DNA of 32,000 nt, taken from contig NC_010628.1 of the NCBI RefSeq assembly GCF_000020025.1, forward strand, positions 8,010,001-8,042,000, written 5' to 3'. Shown piece after piece: positions 1-8,638 of the stretch. A program made the translations under genes and the position numbers. Origin of the DNA: Nostoc punctiforme PCC 73102 (lineage in GTDB: Bacteria; Cyanobacteriota; Cyanobacteriia; Cyanobacteriales; Nostocaceae). Position 1 is the first letter of the stretch. Each line of letters starts with the position of its first letter. A model generated the notes under the pieces. That model saw nothing but the letters and a program-made list of their open reading frames with translations, made no database searches and was not told where the DNA came from.

Positions 1-1
1 C

Positions 2-262
2 ATCATGTTTCTGGTCAGTTTTTACATGGCTTGGCGCGTTAAGACGGACTATTCTAGAGCCGCAAGTGTAGCGTTTACATCGGCAGGAAATAATTTTGAA
101 CTTGCGATCGCAGTTGCGATCGCAGTGTTTGGGATTAATTCGGGTGTTGCTTTTGCCGCCGTTGTCGGACCTCTGGTGGAAGTGCCTGTATTGATTGGTC
201 TGGTCAATGTTGCTTTCTGGTTTGAAAAACGTTATTTCACAACACCAAAATCGAGAGCCTGA
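2..262 (+). CDS. acr3: ACR3-family arsenite efflux carrier, C-terminal fragment (5' end outside window)
   Basis: The frame is open from the window edge and stops at TGA 260-262. The translation [48 protein letters not shown] matches the hydrophobic terminal helices of ACR3-type carriers. arsC and arsH follow directly. Confidence 0.8.
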   Translation: MMFLVSFYMAWRVKTDYSRAASVAFTSAGNNFELAIAVAIAVFGINSGVAFAAVVGPLVEVPVLIGLVNVAFWFEKRYFTTPKSRA

Positions 263-298
263 TAAGTTTAGTCCACAATTATTCCGAGGAGTTGAACC

Positions 299-712
299 AT
301 GAAACGTGTAATGTTCGTCTGCAAAAAGAATTCTGCCCGTTCTCAAATGGCGGAAGGCTTTGCTAAAACCCTTGGTAAGGGAAAAATTGAAGTGATTAGC
401 TCTGGATTAGAAGCAAGTCAGGTCAGACCAGAAGCGATCGCCACCATGAAAGAAATTGGTATCGATATTACCGATCAACACTCCAAACCCCTCAGTGATT
501 TCCAAGCACAAGACTTTGATGTAGTGGTTTCTTTGTGTGGCTGTGGCGTGAATTTACCGCCAGAGTGGGTTATGCAGGAAGTATTTGAAGATTGGCAATT
601 AGACGATCCAGCAGAACAACCGGAAATTTTTCCTAGAGTCCGCGATGAGATTAAAGAACGGGTGACTCAATTGATTGAGTCTGTGAATAAAGAAATTACA
701 CCTGCTCAATAA
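299..712 (+). CDS. arsC: Arsenate reductase, low-molecular-weight phosphatase fold
   Basis: ATG 299 sits 7 nt after GAGGAG (286-291). There is an N-terminal C-X5-R-S P-loop (VCKKNSARS) and a downstream Cys pair (SLCGCG), as in LMW-PTP-type ArsC. Arsenic gene context supports the call. Confidence 0.9.
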   Translation: MKRVMFVCKKNSARSQMAEGFAKTLGKGKIEVISSGLEASQVRPEAIATMKEIGIDITDQHSKPLSDFQAQDFDVVVSLCGCGVNLPPEWVMQEVFEDWQLDDPAEQPEIFPRVRDEIKERVTQLIESVNKEITPAQ

Positions 713-731
713 AGATTGCAACTTCTTCATT

Positions 732-822
732 TCTCCGTGTCGCGCCAGTCGCCTCAAGTCGGGAAACCCGCCCACGGCGCTGTCTCCCCAACGCACTGGC
801 TTCTCTGCGCCTCTGTGGTTCC
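732..822. repeat. GC-rich structured dispersed-repeat insert between arsC and arsH
   Basis: About 90 nt of much higher GC than its flanks. It has nested complementary segments (gccagt 744-749 / actggc 795-800; cgcc...ggcg; ggg aaa ccc). The motifs resemble Nostoc intergenic repeat families. It accounts for the spurious TTG-started N-terminal extension in the 716..1513 track ORF. Confidence 0.6.
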
Positions 823-844
823 TTTTATTGGATACTTATTTTTT

Positions 845-1513
845 ATGACGACATTTGACCATCCGCCCAGAATTTTGTTTTTGTATGGCTCCCTGCGTGA
901 GCGTTCCTATAGCCGTCTCTTAGCAGAAGAAGCAGCACGCATCATTGAAGAATTTGGGGCAGAGGTGAAGTTTTTTAATCCACGCGAACTGCCAATCTAC
1001 GGTAGCGTACCTGACACCCATTCAAAGGTGCAGGAGTTGCGCGAACTAAGCTTGTGGTCGGAAGGGCAGGTATGGTCTAGCCCAGAACTGCACGGTCAGA
1101 TTTCTGGCATAATGAAAAACCAAATCGACTGGATTCCGCTTAGTATCGGAGCCGTTCGCCCGACTCAAGGCAGAACTTTAGCTGTCATGCAAGTAAGCGG
1201 TGGATCTCAGTCTTTTAATGCTGTCAACACATTAAGAATTCTTGGGCGCTGGATGCGGATGTTTACTATCCCCAATCAATCCTCAGTGGCTAAAGCATAT
1301 CAAGAGTTTAATGAAGACGGCACAATGAAAGATTCACCCTACCGCGATCGCGTTGTAGATGTGATGGAAGAACTTTACAAGTTTTCCTTGCTATTGCGTG
1401 ACAAGGTTGATTATCTCACAGACCGCTATAGTGAACGAAAAGAAAAAGCTGCTAAAAAGACAATTAAGATAGCTTCTCAATCTCTTGAAGTTAACTCTAA
1501 TAAAACAAATTAA
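845..1513 (+). CDS. arsH: ArsH, NADPH-dependent FMN reductase
   Basis: I place the start at ATG 845 ([26 protein letters not shown]...), not at TTG 716. It has the flavodoxin-like GSLRxxSYS motif and ArsH-like length, and it follows arsC. Confidence 0.9.
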   Translation: MTTFDHPPRILFLYGSLRERSYSRLLAEEAARIIEEFGAEVKFFNPRELPIYGSVPDTHSKVQELRELSLWSEGQVWSSPELHGQISGIMKNQIDWIPLSIGAVRPTQGRTLAVMQVSGGSQSFNAVNTLRILGRWMRMFTIPNQSSVAKAYQEFNEDGTMKDSPYRDRVVDVMEELYKFSLLLRDKVDYLTDRYSERKEKAAKKTIKIASQSLEVNSNKTN

Positions 1514-1584
1514 CTATTGAGTACCCAAAAAAAGATAACCTCCTGGCAGATTGAACCAGGAGATTTAAAAAAATTGATTCATCT

Positions 1585-2295
1585 TTACAAGCGTTGTAGC
1601 AGACTCAAACCGTGGGTATCAGTACCACAGGTATTGAAAAGAAAGTATTCATCAGCCAACTTTTGCACTTGTTCGGATTCCACTATGCTGGGTTTCCAAG
1701 GATTAGGGTTATTGTAGGCGTAGAAAGTTTCCACACCATCGATCCCCTTTTGGGATGCAGCTGGAATTAAGTCAAAATGCGATCGCTTATAACGGGCTGG
1801 ATGAGCCAGAACTGCCAATCCCCCAGCTTGATGAATAGCGGCAATCACGTTACTTGCCTGATATTCTTGGCCTGTAGTCGGCCTTCTTTGCAGATAGGGT
1901 TTCATGCTAGGGTGTTCTGGAGCAAAAGCGTAAGCCAAAATGTGAACTTCTATATCCAGAAGGTTAGCATTAATTTCTACGCCACTCCACAGGTAAGGAG
2001 TTGTTGCACCAGGATTATTCCACTTCCAATCTTCTAGCCAAGCAAGGGCCGCTTGATAGCCGATAATACCATGATGGTCAGTGATCGCTAATCCTTTTAG
2101 TCCAATAGCGATCGCCTGCTCCATCAATCCACTCGGCTGCAACCTTCCATCCGAGTGGACAGTATGCATGTGAAAGTTGAATAACCTTGGACAAGTGTAT
2201 GCATCAATGTTCTGGAATACTTGCTTCAAAAGTTCTGCCGAAGCAGTAGTCCGGGCCAAATTTACAGCCATAACCCCCTCTGAATAAAAATACAT
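1585..2295 (-). CDS. PHP-domain metal-dependent phosphoesterase
   Basis: PHP His/Asp motifs are visible: FHMHTVHSDG, ITDHH, VLAHP, GTDTHG. The start could be ATG 2295 or ATG 2271 (MAVNLA...). Confidence 0.8.
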   Translation of the reverse strand: MYFYSEGVMAVNLARTTASAELLKQVFQNIDAYTCPRLFNFHMHTVHSDGRLQPSGLMEQAIAIGLKGLAITDHHGIIGYQAALAWLEDWKWNNPGATTPYLWSGVEINANLLDIEVHILAYAFAPEHPSMKPYLQRRPTTGQEYQASNVIAAIHQAGGLAVLAHPARYKRSHFDLIPAASQKGIDGVETFYAYNNPNPWKPSIVESEQVQKLADEYFLFNTCGTDTHGLSLLQRL

Positions 2296-2658
2296 ATTCT
2301 TAACACACTAAAACGCCCTATTTACAGATGAGAAATTTCCAACACTGTAAATTAGTGTATTGGTGGCTACTTTCTCAGCTTTTTCAGCAAATTTTTCAAT
2401 ATGTTAAGACTACGTTAGCAAATCTTAACCTCAGTAGTCATGGGTAGTTTGTACTACTTTGATTGTGGGTAGTAATAAATATTGCATATAAAACTTTATA
2501 AATTCGCCTATACTATTTGTGCTAAATGGCTTATTTTTAGAGGCTTAGGAGAATAATTTTCTCGAATCAGTCTGATATTTAAATATATATCATGTGTTAA
2601 AAAATATATATTTCCCAGTAATTATACTAATTTTTATTTAATCTAGTAATGAGTTCAG

Positions 2659-2800
2659 CGTAGGCGGAGCCCGCACTTCTCTACGAGACGCTCCGCGAAC
2701 GACAAAGCTCAGTGACCACCGCAGGCATCGCATAAGTGAGTTTATAATAGCTCTCCAAAAACTAGCGATGTCTACGACAGGCTATGCCTAGGCTTGCGGC
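2659..2800. repeat. Short dispersed repeat (SDR-type) block
   Basis: Contains cttctctacgagacgctccgcgaacg (2676-2701). Near-identical copies occur at 16472-16496 (+) and 12011-12031 (reverse complement). The block is GC-rich within an AT-rich spacer. Confidence 0.7.
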
Positions 2801-2803
2801 TTA

Positions 2804-3940
2804 TTATACCCCCCGCGCAATTCCAAAAGAATCTCCCTTCAATGTCACCCCAAGCGGTTCTACTACCACCTCGCGGCTAAGGGATGCTTCAACCCTACCG
2901 GCAATCACAGCCGTTAGCTGATGTTCTCTTGCTAGGATGACAATCCTTTCTGCATCCTGCTCAGATTCCGTATAAAATGCAAATCCGGCTCCGTAATTGA
3001 ACACGGAAAGCATCGTCTCTGCTCCGCCCTCAAGATGACCCTCGACAAAAGTAAATATCTCCGGCACTGGGAGCATTGTTTCGATGACGTACCGAAGTGG
3101 CTTCACCGACCGCATCAGCTTCTGCCAACCATGACCAGTGATATTTTCCATCGCGGTGGGGCGAATTCCTTCGTCTAGCACTGCCTGTACAAGTGGCGTG
3201 TAGAGATACGACGCAGCATTCATCGCTTCCCAAAACTCCTGCCCACTCGGAAGTTTTGTTCTATAGCCATCAGGAAGAGACTCAGCGAGTTTTCGCAGTG
3301 GGGTAAACCCGTTCTCATGGGGACCAGAACTCTCAATGAGAACAATAGTATTTCCAGCATCTAGACGCGAACTATCAATAGGAGCGACACCAGGCGGCAT
3401 AACCCCAAAAACCGAACCCGCAATGTCGAGCCGGCCTGGAATCATCTTAGTTTTCAGTTGAGGAGTTTCCCCTGAGAGATAGACACACCCTACTCGTTTA
3501 CACCCCTCAACGACTCCATCCAGAAACCCATCAAGGAAAGCGGGGGTAAAGATCGTTTCAGGAGTACTTGATGGCAGATAAAGACCAAGGAGTAGAGTCT
3601 GCATCCCTGATGTTGCCGCGTCATTTGTCAAACACGAGATGATCTTGATACCGATATTCCACCAAAATCGTCGAAGTTCTTCTTCGGAAAGGTCATCAGG
3701 GCGGGTATCGTCTGCCGTTCCTAGTCCTTCAGGGACGAGTGTTAGAGAAAGTTCTGGAGCGCCCGCTTGAATAAATGGAGCGAGATTGAAGCTGAAAGCG
3801 TTAGCACTTGCTCCAAGACCGGACGCGGGGACGGTACCATAGGCACTTGCAAAGGTAAGTGTGCGTTTTGCAGCATCGATGAAGCGTCTTTTTGCCGCAT
3901 CGAGAGTATCGTAATCGACTTGATCGAGAGCTTGAGCCAT
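2804..3940 (-). CDS. AIR-synthase-related (PurM-like) ATP-dependent enzyme, function unknown
   Basis: Size and motifs fit the PurM/ThiL/HypE superfamily: PEGLGTADD (compare the DGVGTK motif as I recall it from PurM), a two-domain length of about 380 aa, and ENITGHGWQKL. The start could be ATG 3940 (MAQALDQVDYD...) or GTG 3982. GC is clearly above the neighbours. Confidence 0.7.
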   Translation of the reverse strand: MAQALDQVDYDTLDAAKRRFIDAAKRTLTFASAYGTVPASGLGASANAFSFNLAPFIQAGAPELSLTLVPEGLGTADDTRPDDLSEEELRRFWWNIGIKIISCLTNDAATSGMQTLLLGLYLPSSTPETIFTPAFLDGFLDGVVEGCKRVGCVYLSGETPQLKTKMIPGRLDIAGSVFGVMPPGVAPIDSSRLDAGNTIVLIESSGPHENGFTPLRKLAESLPDGYRTKLPSGQEFWEAMNAASYLYTPLVQAVLDEGIRPTAMENITGHGWQKLMRSVKPLRYVIETMLPVPEIFTFVEGHLEGGAETMLSVFNYGAGFAFYTESEQDAERIVILAREHQLTAVIAGRVEASLSREVVVEPLGVTLKGDSFGIARGV

Positions 3941-4027
3941 CAGGTTGCGTTTTAAGTTAGGAGTAGAGACGCGATTAATCACGTTTGTGCAAGAGTTAAA
4001 AGTTAGGAAAAGTCATAACTCCTCACT

Positions 4028-4234
4028 TTAAAATACCTCATCTTCAATACCGCGCCACCATTCACCCAAATTCATCAAGTCTTGGTAAATATCTTCTAAT
4101 TCTTTGGTGTAGACATCGTTTGTAAGGGTGGCTCGACGCTCTTGTAATTTCTTGAGGCGCAGTTGTACCAATACCCAAGGTTTAGTGATGCTATTCGTTG
4201 CTTCGATGTATTGCGCTAGTTCTTTGCTATCCAT
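4028..4234 (-). CDS. Small hypothetical protein (68 aa, predicted helical)
   Basis: Clean ATG-to-stop ORF lying 45 nt upstream of the PurM-like gene on the same strand. I recognise no motif. Confidence 0.5.
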   Translation of the reverse strand: MDSKELAQYIEATNSITKPWVLVQLRLKKLQERRATLTNDVYTKELEDIYQDLMNLGEWWRGIEDEVF

Positions 4235-4513
4235 AATGTTTTATATTTTTAGGAATTACACACTGTACAAAAGAATCATGTTGTGTATAAGGTAAATGTT
4301 TGGTTTCAGGTTTTTATTAATTATTCTTTAATAGTAAATAGATCCGCGTTATAAAAGCAATTCATGTAGACGCAAAGCGGCTTCACACAGGGTATTGCCT
4401 CTACAAAAAATAGTTTTTAAACAATTCATATTTGGTATTTTCTGTCAATGCACAAACCGTAATTTTGATTTTCATGCCACTAATTTTCATTCAGATAATG
4501 CCCATCCGACTAC

Positions 4514-4560
4514 TGAAAAACAGAAAAAGGAGAAACCAAAAAGAATTTCTCCCTTTTCTG
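4514..4560 (-). terminator. Rho-independent terminator downstream of sodB
   Basis: On the minus strand there is a 15-bp stem with one mismatch (4546-4560 pairing 4521-4535) and a 10-nt loop. TTTTT (complement of 4516-4520) follows. It lies about 85 nt after the sodB stop. Confidence 0.7.
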
Positions 4561-4645
4561 GTGGACTTTCTGCTTCAACTTTTGCAAATTAACTTATGGA
4601 GCAGCTTATTAAGAGGCATCGCACTCAGTTCAAACCAGCAATTAA

Positions 4646-5248
4646 TTAAGCTTTAGCCAAATTTTCAGCAGCAAAATCCCAGTTAACCAAGTTATCTAGG
4701 AAATTCTTGATGAACGCTGGACGAGCGTTTCTGTAGTCAATGTAGTAGGCATGTTCCCAAACATCCAAGGTTAGGAGTGCCTTCTTACCATGAGCTAGAG
4801 GGTTTTCTGCATTTGGTGTTTTGATCACCTTCAGCGTACCACCATCATCAATCAGCCAAGACCACCCACTGCCAAATTGAGTTGCAGCTGCGTTAGAGAA
4901 CTCTTCCTTGAATTTGTCGAAGCTACCAAAATCTTTATCAATCCTGGCTGCAAGATCGCCAGTGGGTGCGCCGCCACCATTTGGTTTTAAGGAATTCCAG
5001 AAGAAGGTGTGGTTCCAAACTTGAGCAGCGTTGTTGAAGATTCCCGCCTTAGAGGAGTCTTGGAAGGAAATTTTGATCACCTCTTCCAGAGGCTTATCAG
5101 CAAGTTCTGTACCTTCAGTGAGCTTGTTGAGGTTGTCTACATAAGCTTTGTGATGCTTGCCATAGTGATACTCGAAAGTTTCAGCTTTCATGCCATTTGG
5201 CTCTAAAGCATTCTTGTCGAAGGGTAGCGGGGGCTGTACAAATACCAT
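4646..5248 (-). CDS. sodB: Iron superoxide dismutase
   Basis: Fe/Mn-SOD signatures are present: FEYHYGKHH and DVWEHAYYIDY. The Fe-type helix AAQVWNHTFFW is also present. Length is 200 aa. Confidence 0.95.
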   Translation of the reverse strand: MVFVQPPLPFDKNALEPNGMKAETFEYHYGKHHKAYVDNLNKLTEGTELADKPLEEVIKISFQDSSKAGIFNNAAQVWNHTFFWNSLKPNGGGAPTGDLAARIDKDFGSFDKFKEEFSNAAATQFGSGWSWLIDDGGTLKVIKTPNAENPLAHGKKALLTLDVWEHAYYIDYRNARPAFIKNFLDNLVNWDFAAENLAKA

Positions 5249-5737
5249 TGTGTGAAATCCTCTCTTTACCGGTTTCCAGTTTCAAGCTATTGCAGAAGCT
5301 TGGAAAATTAACAGCTTTTATTTTTAAGGTTTTATGTCTTTAATGATGGAACATAAAACTTAACATCGTCATTCTACTACCAAAGTGAAGATAAAGTGAA
5401 GATGAAAAGAAAGTACTTCGGTGATAAGTCAAATCGCTATGAATTCACAGTTATAAATAAAAATGGCTAATATCTCGTAGCAAAAGCCCAATCTGTAATT
5501 AGCATTTAGCAATTAAAGCTTTAATACTTCTATCTTTAGTAGGATTAATTACGATGTGGTAAATCAGTCGAAAGCTAGATGATTTAATACTTAGATAATA
5601 TAATTATTTTCAAATAAGGTTTAATAAATACAGTAACAAAATTATATTTTTTTTAAACACTCTTTAGAGGATGGTAAGTGAATAATCACTCACCCACCAC
5701 CCTTTGAAACTAAAAAGCTAACAGTCAATAGCGGTGA

Positions 5738-7345
5738 TTAGGATTGAGATAAACGCTGCTGGTAATAGTTAACAATTTGTGCCGTGACTTCAGACACATC
5801 CAAACCATCGGTTTGAACTTCAATAGCATCTGCTGCTTTTTGCAAAGGCGAAACTTTGCGTGTACTATCTTTCCAGTCACGTTCGGTAATATCCCGTTCT
5901 AGCTGCTCTAAATTGATTGCGGATTGACCTTGTTTGTGAAAGTCTTCCTGGCGGCGACGGGCGCGTTCACTCACAGAAGCAGTTAAGAAGATTTTGACTT
6001 CGGCATCGGGGAAAACGTGAGTACCAATATCTCGCCCTTCTGCGACTAAACCACCTTTTTTACCCCAACTTTGCTGTTGTTTAACCAGTGCTTGACGGAC
6101 AACGCTTTGGGCTGCGATCGCAGATACAAGAGAAGTTACCTCAATGGTGCGAATTGCATGGGTAACATCAGTACCGTTAATCCAAACCCGCACGGACGAT
6201 TGTAAATCCTGGGTAGGAGTAAGTTCAATTTTACACAGGTTAGTTAATTCAGCGATCGCACACTCATCATCAATAGCAATCCCCTTTTGCAGTACAAGCC
6301 AAGTGACAGCACGGTACATTGCTCCTGTATCTAAATAGACTAAACCCAGGTTTGCTGCCACTTGCCGCGCCACTGTGGATTTTCCAGCCCCGGCGGGGCC
6401 ATCAATGGCGATGATGGGTTGGCGATCGCGCAAGATGATATTGTCAATCAAACGTGTAGAACCAAGACGAGCTGCGATCGCCAACATTCCTTCCTCCTCA
6501 ACTTTTTCTAAAGACATCAACGTAGTCGGATCAACTAATTCAATATATTCCACTAAAATCGTGCTGACTATTGCCACTTCTTGCTGTACTACTGCTATCA
6601 ACTGGTTGCTATTGCGATCGCCTGCAATGAATGCAGCTTCAGCCCGTTGCAAGCCGCGATATAATGCCGCCGCTTGTTCTTTTGCCGTTGCAGTCAAATA
6701 TTGATTACGAGAACTGAAGGCAAGACCCGACGCTTCCCGCACTGTTGGACAAGCAACAATTTCTACTGGCAAATTTAAGTCAGCTACTAAGCGTTTAATA
6801 ATTGCCAGTTGCTGACAATCCTTTTGACCAAAGTAGGCATGGTCAGGCTGTACCAAGTTGAAAAGCTTGGTAACAATCGTAGCGACACCTTGAAAGTGAC
6901 CCAGCCGAGAACGACCACACAAGCCTGTCATCATAGCAGATGGGGGTATAACTTGTGTAACCTTTGATTCTTGTATACTCTTTTGCGGAACTGCCATCTC
7001 TTCAGGAGTCGGTGCAAAAATGGCATCTACTCCAGCTTGTTCGCAAAGTTTTTGGTCTTGCTCTAAAGTCCGGGGGTAGCGTTGGTAATCCTCGTTGGGA
7101 GCAAATTGCAGGGGATTGACGAAAATACTCACAATCACCGTAGAATTTTCTTGCCGCGCCCGTTGGATCAAGCTTAAATGACCTTGATGCAAATTCCCCA
7201 TCGTTGGTACTAGACCGACTGCCGTCTGATACCAGCCAGTTATCTCATCTAGTCTTAGATCCTCAGTAACCGCAATCAGCTTGTTTTCTGAGCAGCGTTT
7301 AGTTAAATAGCAGCGTAAAGCTGCGACTGTTGTCAGCAGGCGCAC
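5738..7345 (-). CDS. panC: Bifunctional pantoate--beta-alanine ligase / cytidylate kinase
   Basis: The PanC motif PTMGNLHQGHLSLI is followed by the Cmk P-loop IAIDGPAGAGKST. This fusion is typical of cyanobacteria. I place the start at GTG 7345 (VRLLTTVAALRCYL), because the 7346-7471 extension is translated heptamer repeat. Confidence 0.88.
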   Translation of the reverse strand: MRLLTTVAALRCYLTKRCSENKLIAVTEDLRLDEITGWYQTAVGLVPTMGNLHQGHLSLIQRARQENSTVIVSIFVNPLQFAPNEDYQRYPRTLEQDQKLCEQAGVDAIFAPTPEEMAVPQKSIQESKVTQVIPPSAMMTGLCGRSRLGHFQGVATIVTKLFNLVQPDHAYFGQKDCQQLAIIKRLVADLNLPVEIVACPTVREASGLAFSSRNQYLTATAKEQAAALYRGLQRAEAAFIAGDRNSNQLIAVVQQEVAIVSTILVEYIELVDPTTLMSLEKVEEEGMLAIAARLGSTRLIDNIILRDRQPIIAIDGPAGAGKSTVARQVAANLGLVYLDTGAMYRAVTWLVLQKGIAIDDECAIAELTNLCKIELTPTQDLQSSVRVWINGTDVTHAIRTIEVTSLVSAIAAQSVVRQALVKQQQSWGKKGGLVAEGRDIGTHVFPDAEVKIFLTASVSERARRRQEDFHKQGQSAINLEQLERDITERDWKDSTRKVSPLQKAADAIEVQTDGLDVSEVTAQIVNYYQQRLSQS

Positions 7346-7440
7346 AAAAATACCCCTAGTTCTTATCGATCCCTCCCCCGTTAGTTTATATCTGAAACAG
7401 AGGGAAGAGTTGATTGAACTAGGGGAATTAAGTGATACGG

Positions 7441-7489
7441 AACTGGGAATTGGGAATTGGGCATCGGGCATTTAGCATTGGGCATTGGG
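7441..7489. repeat. STRR-like heptamer tandem array
   Basis: Seven consecutive 7-mers are read directly: aactggg aattggg aattggg catcggg catttag cattggg cattggg. A second short array (cctcttg x2) follows near 7508-7525. Confidence 0.85.
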
Positions 7490-7531
7490 AAAACCTCTAT
7501 TGCCTATTTCCTCTTGCCTCTTGCCTAATAA

Positions 7532-8638
7532 TTATTTTCCCAAAACTTCAATATGTACTGGTGCTACGCCACTGCCCATCATTCCCAAAACTCGAGCCGC
7601 GCCAGCAGATACGTCAATGACTCGACCCCGAATGTATGGGCCTCGGTCATTAATTCGCAGCACTACAGAACGACCGTTGCGGGTGTTGGTTACACGCACT
7701 TGCGTACCAAAGGGTAAGCTGCGATGGGCGGCAGTCATTGCTTCTGGATTGAATCTCTGACCGCTTGCAGTCTGAGTACCAGAACCGTCATAGCCGTAAA
7801 AAGAAGCCATACCTCTCAAGGTGGCTTGCACTGCGCCGACGGCAATTTGTTGAGGCAGCTTTGGTATTGATATTTGACGGACTGGTAAATTCGCAATCTC
7901 TTTTAGGGGAGATGCATTGCCCAGTAGCCTCCGCAGGCGATTAGTTGCTTGCAATGCATCTTCTGCCAAATTTTTGGTGGGATTGGTCTGTGCTAGTCGT
8001 GTAGCTTCGTTGATTTCGACCAATTCTTCGCCATTAATTTTGATTACATAGCGATCGCCATCTTGCTGGGAGGGAGCGCTTTTGTTTTGTGCTTGATTGG
8101 CATTAGATTTTTCCCCTGCTTTCCAACTGACGGTAATTTTACTGCCGTCTACACTTTCCCGATTCAACTGGTTGATCTTAGCTGCTACTACACCAGCTAT
8201 CTGAACCGGGTCATTGTCAGAGGAGCTAATCTGGTTACTCACATCTGTTACGTCGTCAGCATTCAGTGCCTTTGGTGAATTGCTAGCAATAAGGGCGTAC
8301 CCTTGTACGCCCCCAGTATTTCCAATTGCACCAACTTTTTTAGTTTCAAGATTCGTATTTGATACAGAACTCAAAAAGGTGAGAACAGGTATATTTCGGA
8401 TAAAAAGGGTTGCCGCCTTACGTCCTCTAATGTTGTGAGGATGAATTTCTGTAATCACAGCATCCAAGGTTTGTCTCCCTGTTCTGGATTGGTACTCTCC
8501 CACCTTAACCACATCAGGGGCAGGTGATTTTTGGGATGCTAGAGCATTTCCCTTGGTGGTTTGAGTACAACCGACTGAAGGTATGCCCAAAACAGCCATA
8601 GACAGGGCAACAATAATCCACAAATGTCTTTGATTCAT
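7532..8638 (-). CDS. rlpA: RlpA-family septal lytic transglycosylase lipoprotein (DPBB domain)
   Basis: Signal peptide with lipobox-like PSVGC. The C-terminus carries the DPBB motif run ASFYGYDGSGTQTASGQRFNPEAMTAAHRSLPFGTQVRVTN...INDRGPY. Confidence 0.85.
   Translation of the reverse strand: MNQRHLWIIVALSMAVLGIPSVGCTQTTKGNALASQKSPAPDVVKVGEYQSRTGRQTLDAVITEIHPHNIRGRKAATLFIRNIPVLTFLSSVSNTNLETKKVGAIGNTGGVQGYALIASNSPKALNADDVTDVSNQISSSDNDPVQIAGVVAAKINQLNRESVDGSKITVSWKAGEKSNANQAQNKSAPSQQDGDRYVIKINGEELVEINEATRLAQTNPTKNLAEDALQATNRLRRLLGNASPLKEIANLPVRQISIPKLPQQIAVGAVQATLRGMASFYGYDGSGTQTASGQRFNPEAMTAAHRSLPFGTQVRVTNTRNGRSVVLRINDRGPYIRGRVIDVSAGAARVLGMMGSGVAPVHIEVLGK

Noticed and set aside
716-844. N-terminal 43 codons of the track ORF 716..1513 (TTG start)
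   Set aside because: The stretch is a translated GC-rich repeat. The ArsH-like sequence begins only at ATG 845.
1540-1562. 7-bp hairpin ctcctgg/ccaggag between convergent arsH and the PHP gene, considered as a terminator
   Set aside because: The stem is short. The T-run on the minus strand starts 5 nt after the stem and there is none on the plus strand. That is too weak to call.
1517-2037. Plus-strand ORFs 1517-1717 and 1777-2037
   Set aside because: They are antisense to the PHP-domain gene, which has clear His-motif support.
2581-2613. 10-nt inverted repeat aaatatatat / atatatattt
   Set aside because: It is pure AT low-complexity in an AT-rich spacer, which is expected by chance.
4395-4656. 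Two overlapping plus-strand ORFs (65 and 74 aa) downstream of sodB
   Set aside because: They run antisense through the sodB terminator hairpin and an AT-rich spacer, and have no start context.
6375-6704. Antisense or alternative-frame ORFs inside long genes (6144-6338, 6375-6704, 8063-8438, 18208-18420, 19744-20794, 21141-21431, 21689-21968, 24137-24726, 27167-27376, 27940-28164 and similar)
   Set aside because: Each lies wholly within a gene that has strong family motifs on the other frame or strand. They are typical shadow ORFs.
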